Shown here piece by piece: positions 19,750-29,088 of a stretch of DNA of 64,000 nucleotides; position 1 is the stretch's first letter, and every line of letters begins with the position of its first letter. The translations under genes were made by a program, and so were the position numbers. Under the pieces are notes generated by a model. The model was not told the origin of the DNA. It ran no database searches and saw only the letters and a program-made list of their open reading frames with translations. The stretch spans positions 1,355 to 65,354 of the forward strand of contig JAZRUM010000080.1 of the NCBI GenBank assembly GCA_045652545.1, in the 5' to 3' direction. This DNA comes from Faecousia sp. GTDB lineage: Bacteria > Bacillota > Clostridia > Oscillospirales > Oscillospiraceae.

Positions 19750-21303
19750 TTGCGAATGAAGCGATTATTTTCAGTACTGATGACATTGGTCGTTATGTGC
19801 GTGCTGTTTGCAGCGGTGTCAGTGGAAGCGAATGCACAAACATTGACATCATCCGATGCATTTGTTGAAATTCTGAAAAAACGTGAGGGTTTTGAGAAAT
19901 ATCCTTATAAAGATAACTCCCAATGGTCCATTGGTTACGGCACAAGAGTGCCGGAAGGAAAGCTGGAGTATTATCAGAAAAACGGCATTACAGAGGCAGA
20001 AGCTGAAAAACTGATGCGCCAAATGCTGGCTGACTTTGAAAACTCTGTTTTGAGCTTTGCAAATAAGTACAACATTACATTGAAGCAACATCAGTTTGAT
20101 GCGCTTGTATCCTTTTCCTATAACTGCGGAGACGCATGGACCAAGGACACCAGCGGCAATATGAACCGGGCAGTGCGGGAAGGATGGACCGGCAGCGATT
20201 TCGTGTATGCAATTTGCTTGTGGAGTAATTCAGCAGGAAATTACATCCTGATAAATCGCCGTATGTACGAGGCCAATATGTATCTGAACGGCATTTACGG
20301 TTCTTATGATTATGATACCGGTAGTTTCCGCTACGTGCTTTTGGATAGCGGACAAGGAAAAACGGAATATGAGATCCACGGTTATGACATCCGGGATCCT
20401 AAACCGATTCGGTACAAATTTAAGCAGATGCCAACGGGTATAGATGCAAAGGGAAATGCCTTTACATATGAATTTGCAGGTTGGTATACAGCTCCGGAAA
20501 ACGGAAAGCTGGTTACGGTTTTGGACAGTTCTTTAACGAATGAATCTTGTCTCTATGCAATGTGGAAAGACCCATCCGGAAAATTGGTTTACTTACCAAA
20601 GCCTTGTGTAACTGTAAAGGTAAATAGCGACGATGTCAATGTGCGCAGCGGTCCCGGCGCCCAATATAGCAAGGTTGGTCAGTTGAAGAAGAATACAACC
20701 ATAAAGCTGCAACATGTATTTGGTAACAACCATCTGTGGGGACAGTATGAGGGCGGCTGGATCAAGTTGTCATATACCAATTACGATGAAGTAATAGCCG
20801 GCCTTGAGACATGGCCAAAAACCGGTGTGGTAAATGGCGATAAAGTAAATGTACGCAGTGGCCCCGGTACCTCTAATCCAAAGCAATATCAGTTGAACAA
20901 GGGCGATAAGGTAACCATATCGGAGCAGACCTACGTCGGCAGTATGTACTGGGGTAAGCTTGCGGACGGAAATTGGATTTCCCTTACCTATGTTACCTTT
21001 GACCCGGTAACGCCCGCACCCAAACCAGAGCCGGAACCGAAACCAGAGCCGGAGCCGGAACCGGAACCGGAACCAGAACCCAACCCGGAGCCACAACCGG
21101 ATCCGGATCTTGCCGGAGATCTTAACGGCGACAGCAAAACAAACGAGGATGATGCGATTTATTTGCTGCGGCATGTATTGATGCCGGAAAAATACCCCAT
21201 TAACGCAACTGTGGATTATGATAAAAACGGTAAAATCAATGAAGATGATGCCATATACCTTTTGCGGCATGTATTGATGCCGGAAAAATATCCTCTACAG
21301 TAA
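19750..21303 (+). CDS. Secreted phage-lysozyme-like (GH24) protein with InlB-B-like repeat, 2 SH3b domains, Pro-Glu linker and C-terminal dockerin
   Basis: Signal peptide; KKREGFEKYPYKD..SIGYG, QHQFDALVSFSYNCG; YEFAGWYT..LYAMW; two VNVRSGPG; GDLNGDSKTNEDDAIYLLRHV duplicated. Confidence 0.82.
   Translation: MRMKRLFSVLMTLVVMCVLFAAVSVEANAQTLTSSDAFVEILKKREGFEKYPYKDNSQWSIGYGTRVPEGKLEYYQKNGITEAEAEKLMRQMLADFENSVLSFANKYNITLKQHQFDALVSFSYNCGDAWTKDTSGNMNRAVREGWTGSDFVYAICLWSNSAGNYILINRRMYEANMYLNGIYGSYDYDTGSFRYVLLDSGQGKTEYEIHGYDIRDPKPIRYKFKQMPTGIDAKGNAFTYEFAGWYTAPENGKLVTVLDSSLTNESCLYAMWKDPSGKLVYLPKPCVTVKVNSDDVNVRSGPGAQYSKVGQLKKNTTIKLQHVFGNNHLWGQYEGGWIKLSYTNYDEVIAGLETWPKTGVVNGDKVNVRSGPGTSNPKQYQLNKGDKVTISEQTYVGSMYWGKLADGNWISLTYVTFDPVTPAPKPEPEPKPEPEPEPEPEPEPNPEPQPDPDLAGDLNGDSKTNEDDAIYLLRHVLMPEKYPINATVDYDKNGKINEDDAIYLLRHVLMPEKYPLQ
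21017..21105 (+). repeat. Coding hexamer repeat (CCGGAA-type) encoding a (PE)n linker
   Basis: PKPEPEPKPEPEPEPEPEPEPNPEPQPDP. Confidence 0.9.
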
Positions 21304-21310
21304 TATTAAA

Positions 21311-21342
21311 AACAACGGAGAGTTCGTACGAACTCTCCGTTG
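21311..21342. terminator. Terminator between convergent lysozyme-like gene and ileS
   Basis: ACAACGGAGAGTTC-GTAC-GAACTCTCCGTTGT. Confidence 0.8.
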
Positions 21343-21356
21343 TCATTAGTTTTAGA

Positions 21357-24146
21357 TTAGATTTCAATATCCATTGTGGCGATAACGCTTGCGCAACGGG
21401 GGCAGAGACCTTCTTCGTTGGCTTTTGTGGAGTGCATCCAGCAGCGGGGACACTTTTCGCCTCGTGCCTCCACAACACCGATGGTCAGCTGGGGCAGGTT
21501 CGCACCAACACCGGTAGTAGCGCCTTCTTGCACAGCCTCCCAATCGCAGGAGGATACAATGCAAATCTCAGAAAGGTTCAGATCCTTGCACAGCTCTGTC
21601 AATGCGCTGTCCTCAGTCTGCAGGCTTACATGAGCCTCCAAAGCCTTACCGATACGCTTTTCGGCACGGGCAAGCTCCAGAACGCCGTTGACATCCTGAC
21701 GCAGCTTCATAACAGTAACCCATTTTTCCATTGTAGCATCGTCAAGGGCATATTCCGCGTAGCTTTCAGGCATCTGATTCAACAGAATATTCCGGGAATC
21801 ATCATTGTTAGGGTGGGGCATTGCCTGCCAGATCTCGTCACAGGTGAATGCCAGAATCGGCGCAAACAGCTTTGCCATAGCATCCACGATCAAATACAGT
21901 GCAGTCTGTGCGGAGCGACGACGCAAGCCGTTCTTTTCTTCGCAGTACAGCCGGTCCTTCAAAATATCCAGATAGAAGCTGGAAAGATCAACAACACAGA
22001 AATCATTGATTGCATGGGTAACCATGTGGAATTCATAATTGTTGTAAGCATTCCGGCAGAACTTGATCAGCGCATCCAGCTTTGTCAGTGCCCACTTGTC
22101 CAGTTCTTCCAAGTCGGCAGGCGCAACCAGGTTGTTAGGATCAAATCCGTTGAGATTGCCCAAGCAGTAGCGTGCCGTATTACGGAACTTCAGATAGTTC
22201 TGTGCGATCTGCTTAAAGATCTCCTTGGAGCAACGCACATCTGCATGGTAGTCAGAGGATGCTGCCCACAAACGAACGATATCAGCGCCGAAATCCTTGA
22301 TAAGATCTGCCGGATCAACACCGTTGCCCAGGCTCTTGTGCATTGCACGACCCTGACCGTCAACCGTCCATCCGTGGGTCAAAACCTGCTTGAAAGGAGC
22401 GCCTTGTTCCAGTGCACCTACAGAGGTCAGCAGGGAAGACTGGAACCAACCGCGATACTGGTCTGCACCCTCCAGATAGACGTCTGCAGGCCACAGCTCC
22501 GGTGTGCGGTGCATCAGAGAGGCATAGTGGGTAGAGCCGGAATCAAACCAGCAGTCCAGTGTGTCAGTTTCCTTATCAAATGCTTTTCCGTTACAGTGCG
22601 GGCAAGTGAAGTTTTCAGGAATCAACTCCTGGGCATCCTTTTCAAACCAGATATTGGAACCGTGCTGGTCGAAGAGTTGAGAGATTTTCTCAATAGATTC
22701 GGGGGTTGAAACGGGTTTTCCGCAGTCCTTGCAGTAGAAGACAGGAATGGGCAGACCCCAACGACGCTGACGGCTGATACACCAATCCGTCCGCTCACGA
22801 ATCATGCTGATCATACGATCTTCACCCCATGCAGGGAACCACTTCACGTCCTCAATTGCTTTGATAGCCTGGTCCTTAAAGGATTCAACGCTACAGAACC
22901 ACTGAGGTGTTGCCCGGAAAATAACAGGCTTCTTGCAGCGGTCGTGGTGGGGGTAGGAGTGGGTGATCTGCTCACTGGCGAACAGAGCGCCGGATTGACG
23001 CATATCCTCAAGAATAACGCTGTTGGATTCTTCGGTCTTCATACCGGCATACTTGCCGGCATAGTCGGTGTGGCGACCGTAATCATCAACGGGAACCACC
23101 AGGTCCATACCGTAACGCATGCAGGTCTGGTAGTCGTCAGCACCAAAGCCGGGAGCAGTGTGGACACAACCGGTACCGGAATCCATGGTAACGTAATCTG
23201 CGTTTACAAGGCGGGATGTTTTGTCCAGGAACGGATGCTTGGCAACCATGTTCTCGAAATACTGACCGGGGTAGGTGGCTACCACTTCATAGTTTTCAAA
23301 TCCGCCCATTTTCATGGTCTTCTCCATCAAAGCCTCTGCCATGATAAAGATATCGCCATTTTCAGCCTTTACCAAAACGTAGGAATCTCTGGGATGCAGG
23401 CAGATTGCCATGTTGCCGGGTAAAGTCCAGATGGTAGTGGTCCAGATGACAAAGTAGGTCTTACTCAGATCAATGTTGCTCAATTTACCCAAATCATCCT
23501 GCATGGGGAATTTGACGTAAACGGAGGTACAGGGATCATCTTGATACTCAATATCCGCTTCCGCAACTGCGGTTGCACAGAACGGACACCATGTAACAGG
23601 CTTTAAACCTTTGTAGATATAACCCTTATCAAACATTCTGCCAAAGACCTTGACTTCCTGTGCTTCAAAGTGTTTGTCCATAGTGCGATAAGGATTTGCC
23701 CAATCGCCCACTATGCCCAGCCGACGGAAGCCGGTCATCTGCTTCTGAATGAAATCTTCTGCAAACTCCTCGCAAGCCTTCCGGAACTCCGGAACGGACA
23801 TATCCCGATTGAGTTTCTTTTTGGAATTCTCAATAGCACGCTCAATGGGCAGACCGTGGTTATCCCAGCCGGGCACGTAGGGTGTGTAGTAACCCATCAT
23901 GGCATGACTGCGAACAATGAAATCCTTCAGGGCTTTATTGAGGGCGTGACCCATATGAATATAACCGTTAGAGAAGGGAGGGCCGTCATGCAGAACAAAA
24001 GAGGGAAGTCCTTTGTTTTTCTCCAGCATGGCCTCGTACAGTTCAATCTCATTCCAACGGTCCAGCATGCCCGGTTCACGATTGGGCAGACTGGCCTTCA
24101 TTGGGAAATCTGTTTGTGGTGTAATGATCGTGTTTTTATACTCCAT
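21357..24146 (-). CDS. ileS: Isoleucine--tRNA ligase (type 1, C-terminal zinc finger)
   Basis: HDGPPFSNGYIHMGH, WTTTIWTLP, GTGCVHTAPG, DWCISRQR, AMHKS, CPRCW..CPRC. Confidence 0.98.
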   Translation of the reverse strand: MEYKNTIITPQTDFPMKASLPNREPGMLDRWNEIELYEAMLEKNKGLPSFVLHDGPPFSNGYIHMGHALNKALKDFIVRSHAMMGYYTPYVPGWDNHGLPIERAIENSKKKLNRDMSVPEFRKACEEFAEDFIQKQMTGFRRLGIVGDWANPYRTMDKHFEAQEVKVFGRMFDKGYIYKGLKPVTWCPFCATAVAEADIEYQDDPCTSVYVKFPMQDDLGKLSNIDLSKTYFVIWTTTIWTLPGNMAICLHPRDSYVLVKAENGDIFIMAEALMEKTMKMGGFENYEVVATYPGQYFENMVAKHPFLDKTSRLVNADYVTMDSGTGCVHTAPGFGADDYQTCMRYGMDLVVPVDDYGRHTDYAGKYAGMKTEESNSVILEDMRQSGALFASEQITHSYPHHDRCKKPVIFRATPQWFCSVESFKDQAIKAIEDVKWFPAWGEDRMISMIRERTDWCISRQRRWGLPIPVFYCKDCGKPVSTPESIEKISQLFDQHGSNIWFEKDAQELIPENFTCPHCNGKAFDKETDTLDCWFDSGSTHYASLMHRTPELWPADVYLEGADQYRGWFQSSLLTSVGALEQGAPFKQVLTHGWTVDGQGRAMHKSLGNGVDPADLIKDFGADIVRLWAASSDYHADVRCSKEIFKQIAQNYLKFRNTARYCLGNLNGFDPNNLVAPADLEELDKWALTKLDALIKFCRNAYNNYEFHMVTHAINDFCVVDLSSFYLDILKDRLYCEEKNGLRRRSAQTALYLIVDAMAKLFAPILAFTCDEIWQAMPHPNNDDSRNILLNQMPESYAEYALDDATMEKWVTVMKLRQDVNGVLELARAEKRIGKALEAHVSLQTEDSALTELCKDLNLSEICIVSSCDWEAVQEGATTGVGANLPQLTIGVVEARGEKCPRCWMHSTKANEEGLCPRCASVIATMDIEI

Positions 24147-24170
24147 TGGAAAAGCCTCCGTTTTTAATAC

Positions 24171-24410
24171 AAAATAAAGCACCTTTGTCCCTATCTAAGA
24201 GACAAAGGTGCATAATTACCTCTGCGGTACCACTCTTTTTCCGACGTAAGTCGGCACTCGTTGACGCGATATCGGGCGTACCCGGTGCAGCCTACTTATG
24301 TTCGGTGCACTGCTCAGAGGTGATATAACTGTGTCTTGCATACTGCCTTGCACCGTCCGGCAGCTCTCTGAATGCATGTAACACAATTACGTGTCCTCAT
24401 CATTGCGTTG
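24171..24410 (-). ncRNA. T-box riboswitch (Ile specifier AUC)
   Basis: Minus strand: AGAGA and GGTGCAA stem I motifs, ATC specifier (24322-24324), T-box AAGAGTGGTACCGC, terminator GCACCTTTGTC...GACAAAGGTGC-TTTATTTT. Confidence 0.93.
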
Positions 24411-24418
24411 CAATATAA

Positions 24419-25096
24419 TTAGTGGTTGGTAGGATCGTAGTTTTTACCAAACTGCAAATTTGCAAATTTGCTGGTTGTGGTATCGGTAGTGGGATGCTTA
24501 GGCTCTGCTTTGGGAGCGGAATCTTCAGTGGTTCCCACTAAGTTCTGCAGATTTGCAGAAATTTCGTCAGCTACGGCATCAGCTGCAGTAGCGTTGTTGT
24601 CTTCGCTTGCATCAAAATCAAATGCAGGGGAGGTTGCAACAGGGCGATTTGCTGTCTTGATTTTTTCCAGCTCGTCAATGCATTTAGCGATCTGCTCCTG
24701 CAGTGCAGTGATCTTAGCGGCAGCGGCAGCTTTTGCTTCCTCAACACGTTCGTTTTCAGCAGCAATCAAGGTGTCAGCGTTCTTCGCATTCTCTATAGCT
24801 GCGGCATTTGCGTCATTGAGCATCTGGGTGCATTTCGCTTCCGCATCTTTAACCATCATGTCACAAGTCTTTTGCGCATTCACGATGGCATCCTTCATGC
24901 TGGCTTCGTTATTGCGGTACTCTTCCAGCTTGCCCACCAGTACCTTCATTTTGCTTTTGAGCAGTGCATTTTCTTTGTAAAGGGTTACGTAGTCTTCTGT
25001 TAACGGCTCCAGGAACTCGTCCACAGCCTGCATATCGTAACCGCCAAATGCGACGCGACCAAACGCGATCTGATCTATCTGTTGGGGTGTAAACAT
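24419..25096 (-). CDS. divIVA: DivIVA-domain cell division protein
   Basis: FTPQQI..F..AFGGYDMQAVDEFL, coiled coil; between sepF and ileS. Confidence 0.88.
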   Translation of the reverse strand: MFTPQQIDQIAFGRVAFGGYDMQAVDEFLEPLTEDYVTLYKENALLKSKMKVLVGKLEEYRNNEASMKDAIVNAQKTCDMMVKDAEAKCTQMLNDANAAAIENAKNADTLIAAENERVEEAKAAAAAKITALQEQIAKCIDELEKIKTANRPVATSPAFDFDASEDNNATAADAVADEISANLQNLVGTTEDSAPKAEPKHPTTDTTTSKFANLQFGKNYDPTNH

Positions 25097-25112
25097 AGTA
25101 TAACCTCTCTAT

Positions 25113-25619
25113 TTAGATGTAGCTTTCAATTTCGGTGGGGATGGTCTCCAAATCACCAACAACATCCATGTTGTGGGGGCAGAACAGGTAAGTGGACTGT
25201 GCGATTTTCTTCACACTGCCATCTAGAGCGTAAACACTGCCGGACAGGAAATCCACCACACGACGGGTCAGAGACTTATCGATATTTTCCATATTGAGAA
25301 TGACAGCCTTCTTGCGACGCAGCTCGTCTGCAGCCTTTGCAGCGCTGTCAAAGGACTTAGCGTGGAACAGAACAACCTCCTGCTTTCCGGAAGACATATT
25401 TAATACTTGACCGCTGAAACCGCCGGATGTGGTGCTGGAGGTAGCGGGAGCAGAATAGCTGGGTTCGGTATCGTCAGCAGAAGCAAAGGGGGAGGGACGG
25501 CGGCCACGGGGAGCAACGTCAACTTCCTCAGCTTCCAGTTCGTCTACATCATCGTAATCATCGTATTCATCATCGGAATAGGGCTGGACAAATTTCTTCA
25601 GGTTATCCAAAATGCTCAT
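25113..25619 (-). CDS. sepF: Cell division protein SepF
   Basis: AADELRRKKAVILNME..RRVVDFLSGSVYALDG. Confidence 0.93.
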   Translation of the reverse strand: MSILDNLKKFVQPYSDDEYDDYDDVDELEAEEVDVAPRGRRPSPFASADDTEPSYSAPATSSTTSGGFSGQVLNMSSGKQEVVLFHAKSFDSAAKAADELRRKKAVILNMENIDKSLTRRVVDFLSGSVYALDGSVKKIAQSTYLFCPHNMDVVGDLETIPTEIESYI

Positions 25620-25739
25620 GGTTTAAATCCTCCTAAAAGCTTGACTCAAAGTAAGTAGTGTTATGGGGTGGCGATGCTGATACTAAGGCAATGGCATCTA
25701 AACATCAAACATTCCCAACGACAAAATATCTACCCATAC

Positions 25740-25768
25740 ATTATCGTATTTTTTTGTCATTATGTCAA
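25740..25768 (-). promoter_or_regulatory. Sigma-A promoter of sepF-divIVA
   Basis: TTGACA-17nt-GATAAT on minus strand. Confidence 0.6.
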
Positions 25769-25897
25769 CAGAAAGCTTGCACTTTTCTTGAAAAAATTTG
25801 TGATTTTATGACGAAATTTGTAAAAACCAGGAAATTACCGTCGAACAATCTGGCGGGATATTTGAATTTAAGTCAGTTTTACTTCTTTGGCAATATA

Positions 25898-25932
25898 AAA
25901 AAGTGACGAAGCGCATAGCTCCGTCACTTTTT
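25898..25932 (-). terminator. Terminator after hfq
   Basis: AAAAAGTGACG..CGTCACTTTTT. Confidence 0.8.
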
Positions 25933-25948
25933 GTGAGCATCCGATCCA

Positions 25949-26176
25949 TTAGTTGGTTTGTGCAGCCTTCAGGGTTCGGATTGGGGCAAGTGTTGAGATT
26001 GCATGCTTGTAGATCATCTGTTGCTTGCCTTCGGTCACCAGCACAACGACAAAGTTATCGTAACCTGTGATTGTGCCCCGGAGCTGGAAACCATTCATCA
26101 AAAACAGCGTAACGGGTATTTTATCCGTTCGAACCTCGTTTAAAATGGCTTCCTGTAAATTGTACTGCTCAGACAT
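25949..26176 (-). CDS. hfq: RNA chaperone Hfq
   Basis: [32 protein letters not shown]; follows miaA. Confidence 0.96.
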   Translation of the reverse strand: MSEQYNLQEAILNEVRTDKIPVTLFLMNGFQLRGTITGYDNFVVVLVTEGKQQMIYKHAISTLAPIRTLKAAQTN

Positions 26177-26231
26177 ATGTATTCCCTCTTTCTTTGAAAT
26201 TCCCAATGGGATACATAAATCTTACCATTAA

Positions 26232-27167
26232 TCACTTGTCGAAATCCGTCAAAATCTGCCTTGCGCGAACAAGAATTTCTTGCGTATTTTCACCTGTTTT
26301 TCTGCGCAGCCAATGGATTGCGGGATTTCTGCGGAACCAAGTCAGCTGCCGTTTCGCGTAATGACGGGAGGCTTGCTGTACTCGGCCGGTTGCGTCCGCA
26401 ACAGTGCAGCGTCCCAAAAGGGCATCAACGTATTCTTTGTATCCGATAGCCTGCATTGCTGTGCACTTTTCGGGGACACCGGATTTGAGCAGCAGTTGGA
26501 TTTCGTCCAAAAGACCGTCTGTGAGCATTGTTTCTACTCTGCTGTTAATGCGTGCATATAAGGTTTCTCGGTGTTCGTCATCCAGGGCAAACCAAATTGC
26601 ATTGTATTTAGGCGGAATCGCCTGGGTTTTCCGGTTATGTTCTGTAATGGTTTCACCGGTTTCGTAATAGACTTCCAGCGCCCGGATAATGCGTTTTCTG
26701 TCCTTCAGATGCAGCCGGACAGCAGAGTCCGGATCAATGGATTGGAGCAGTGATAACATTGCTTCCATGCCCTCTGTGTCTGCCTGTGCCTCTAATTTCT
26801 CTCGCAACTGGGATGAAGGTGAGGGGGCAAAACTGTTGCCACGTATCAGCGCATCCATATACAGACCTGTGCCTCCTGCGATGATTGCGGTTTTACCCCG
26901 GGCAACAATATCATCCACAATGGGACAGGCAAGCTCACAGTAACGGCTGACCGAAAATTCCTCCCACGGCTTGGCAACATCCAGCATGTGATGGGGGATA
27001 CCCTGCATATCAGAAAGGGTAGGTTTCGCAGTTCCTATATCCATGCCTTTGTAAACCTGCATGGAGTCACAAGACACTACCTCGCCGTTTACAGCTTTGG
27101 CCAGTTCAACAGCCAGCGCAGACTTTCCGGAGGCAGTAGGTCCTGCAATACAAATGATGTTATTCAA
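26232..27167 (-). CDS. miaA: tRNA dimethylallyltransferase
   Basis: GPTASGKS, DSMQVYKGMDIGTAKP, GGTGLY, YAKRQLTWF. Confidence 0.97.
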   Translation of the reverse strand: MNNIICIAGPTASGKSALAVELAKAVNGEVVSCDSMQVYKGMDIGTAKPTLSDMQGIPHHMLDVAKPWEEFSVSRYCELACPIVDDIVARGKTAIIAGGTGLYMDALIRGNSFAPSPSSQLREKLEAQADTEGMEAMLSLLQSIDPDSAVRLHLKDRKRIIRALEVYYETGETITEHNRKTQAIPPKYNAIWFALDDEHRETLYARINSRVETMLTDGLLDEIQLLLKSGVPEKCTAMQAIGYKEYVDALLGRCTVADATGRVQQASRHYAKRQLTWFRRNPAIHWLRRKTGENTQEILVRARQILTDFDK

Positions 27168-27185
27168 AACGGGATCTCCTTTGTT

Positions 27186-29075
27186 TTAGGATCTTCTAAA
27201 CTGCTTTTCCAGTTCCTTTTTGCTTAAGCTGATGCAGATGGGTCTGCCATGGGGGCAGTACTTCAAATCATCGCGCTGCATAACGGTTTTAACAAGTGAC
27301 TGCAGTTCTAAGATATCCGTTTTCCATCCTGCCTTAATTGCGGCCTTGCAAGCGACGGTGTGCAGCAATTCATCCCGTACGGTGGATGGATCTTCACGAC
27401 GTCCATTCATTAAGTCTGAAGCCAATTCATCCAGTACATCCTGCACATCCTCGGAAGAAAGATCCATAGGGATTTGCCGTACAAGCACTGTATTGTCACC
27501 AAAGCTTTCCAAATCAAAGCCTAATTCACACAATGTGTCTTTGTTACTAAGCAATGCGGCTGTACTGTCGGGACTTAAATGGCATGGAATTGGAGCAAGG
27601 AGCGTTTGACTGCTGATGGTTTCTTGGTTTGCTTTCAGTTTTTCAAACAGGATCCGTTCATGGGCAGCATGTTTGTCAATAATAAATGCATCCTCACCAA
27701 ATTGAACAATGATATAACTTTGATACAGCTCACCAATGATCTTCCAGGGAATTTCCTCAGGCATGGGCAGCGTTACTTGCGTTGCGGTGGGTTCGTTGGT
27801 TGGCAGGTCTAAAACCGGTTGCGTTGCTTCTACAGCAGGCAGCTTCACGTTTTGATACAATGTTATGGGAGTTTCCTGCTCCATTTTTATTACAGCAGAT
27901 GCGGAGCGGTCACTTTTTGGCTGCGGTGCAACGGAAAGCGCCTGGGAATACTGCTTAAATTCCTGCGCCGTCATAGTGCGGAAAAAGCTGTCCGGCTTTG
28001 GGGCTGTGGATTGCTGCTGCCCCCATTTGGGCAGGTTAGTATTTACTGTTTCAGTAGGCGTCGGTTTGAACTGCACCTGCGGTCTGTCGTCAGTTTTGTT
28101 CAGCGCTGCCAAAACACCGTAGTGGATGCAATCAAACGCAGCCTTTTCATTCAGGAATTTAACTTCTGTTTTGGCAGGATGTACATTTACGTCAACGAGA
28201 TTAGCAGGCAGGGTAAGATGCAGAACGCATGCAGGGAATTTTCCTACCATGAGCTGATTGCGGTATGCTTCTTCCAGCGCAGCGATCAAAAGACGGGACT
28301 TTACCGGACGTCCGTTTACAAAGAATGTTTGCAGATTTCTGCTGGGTCGGGCATCTGTTGGCTTGGATACATAGCCTGCAACGGTATAGCGATCCCAATG
28401 GCTGTCAACCTTGACCATTTTGCCACCGTCTTTGCCGTAAATACAGTACACAGCGGCATCCAGACTGCCGGTGCCCGGTGTGGATACTATTTCTTTCCCA
28501 TCCCGGATGAAACGAAATGCGATATCCGGATGGGCAAGCGCTTGCATCTGCACAGCGGCGGAAACCTTTACGCCCTCTACAGAATCCGATTTCATAAATT
28601 TCATTCTGGCCGGTGTGTTGTAAAACAGATCCCGCACAATGATGGTAGTTCCATCCGGACAGCCTACTTCACTTTCCTCAGTGATCACGCCTGCCTCCAG
28701 TGCAATGCTTGTGCCGCTAATGGAGTCGGCAGTTTTTGTCAGCAGGTCGATCCTGCTGACAGATGCAATGGCTGCCAATGCCTCACCGCGGAAACCCATG
28801 GTGGAGATAGAGGCCAGATCTTCGGCGTTGTGCAATTTAGACGTGGCATGGCGCAAAAACGCGGTTTTTGCATCGTCGGCTGACATGCCGCAACCGTTGT
28901 CCGTCACGCGCAAAAAGGTCATACCGCCATCCCGGATCTCTATGGTGACTTGAGAAGCGCCGGCATCCACAGCGTTTTCCAGCAATTCCTTTGCTACGCT
29001 TGCAGGGCGCTCCACTACTTCGCCGGCGGCAATCAAATTTGCCACATGTGGGGATAATTGAATAATTTTCGGCAT
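27186..29075 (-). CDS. mutL: DNA mismatch repair protein MutL
   Basis: IAAGEVVERPAS, GFRGEAL, DVNVHPAK, DKHAAHERI, CPHGRP. Confidence 0.98.
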   Translation of the reverse strand: MPKIIQLSPHVANLIAAGEVVERPASVAKELLENAVDAGASQVTIEIRDGGMTFLRVTDNGCGMSADDAKTAFLRHATSKLHNAEDLASISTMGFRGEALAAIASVSRIDLLTKTADSISGTSIALEAGVITEESEVGCPDGTTIIVRDLFYNTPARMKFMKSDSVEGVKVSAAVQMQALAHPDIAFRFIRDGKEIVSTPGTGSLDAAVYCIYGKDGGKMVKVDSHWDRYTVAGYVSKPTDARPSRNLQTFFVNGRPVKSRLLIAALEEAYRNQLMVGKFPACVLHLTLPANLVDVNVHPAKTEVKFLNEKAAFDCIHYGVLAALNKTDDRPQVQFKPTPTETVNTNLPKWGQQQSTAPKPDSFFRTMTAQEFKQYSQALSVAPQPKSDRSASAVIKMEQETPITLYQNVKLPAVEATQPVLDLPTNEPTATQVTLPMPEEIPWKIIGELYQSYIIVQFGEDAFIIDKHAAHERILFEKLKANQETISSQTLLAPIPCHLSPDSTAALLSNKDTLCELGFDLESFGDNTVLVRQIPMDLSSEDVQDVLDELASDLMNGRREDPSTVRDELLHTVACKAAIKAGWKTDILELQSLVKTVMQRDDLKYCPHGRPICISLSKKELEKQFRRS

Positions 29076-29088
29076 AACGATCTCCTTG

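Noticed and set aside
18546-21303. Integrated island or prophage at tRNA-Ala
   Set aside because: The accessory genes lie on the tRNA 5' side; I saw no integrase, duplicated tRNA 3' end, holin or phage structural genes.
21432-22709. 425-aa ORF antisense to ileS (likewise 6229-7137, 27819-28883, 9891-10679)
   Set aside because: Antisense shadows of conserved genes; no independent evidence.
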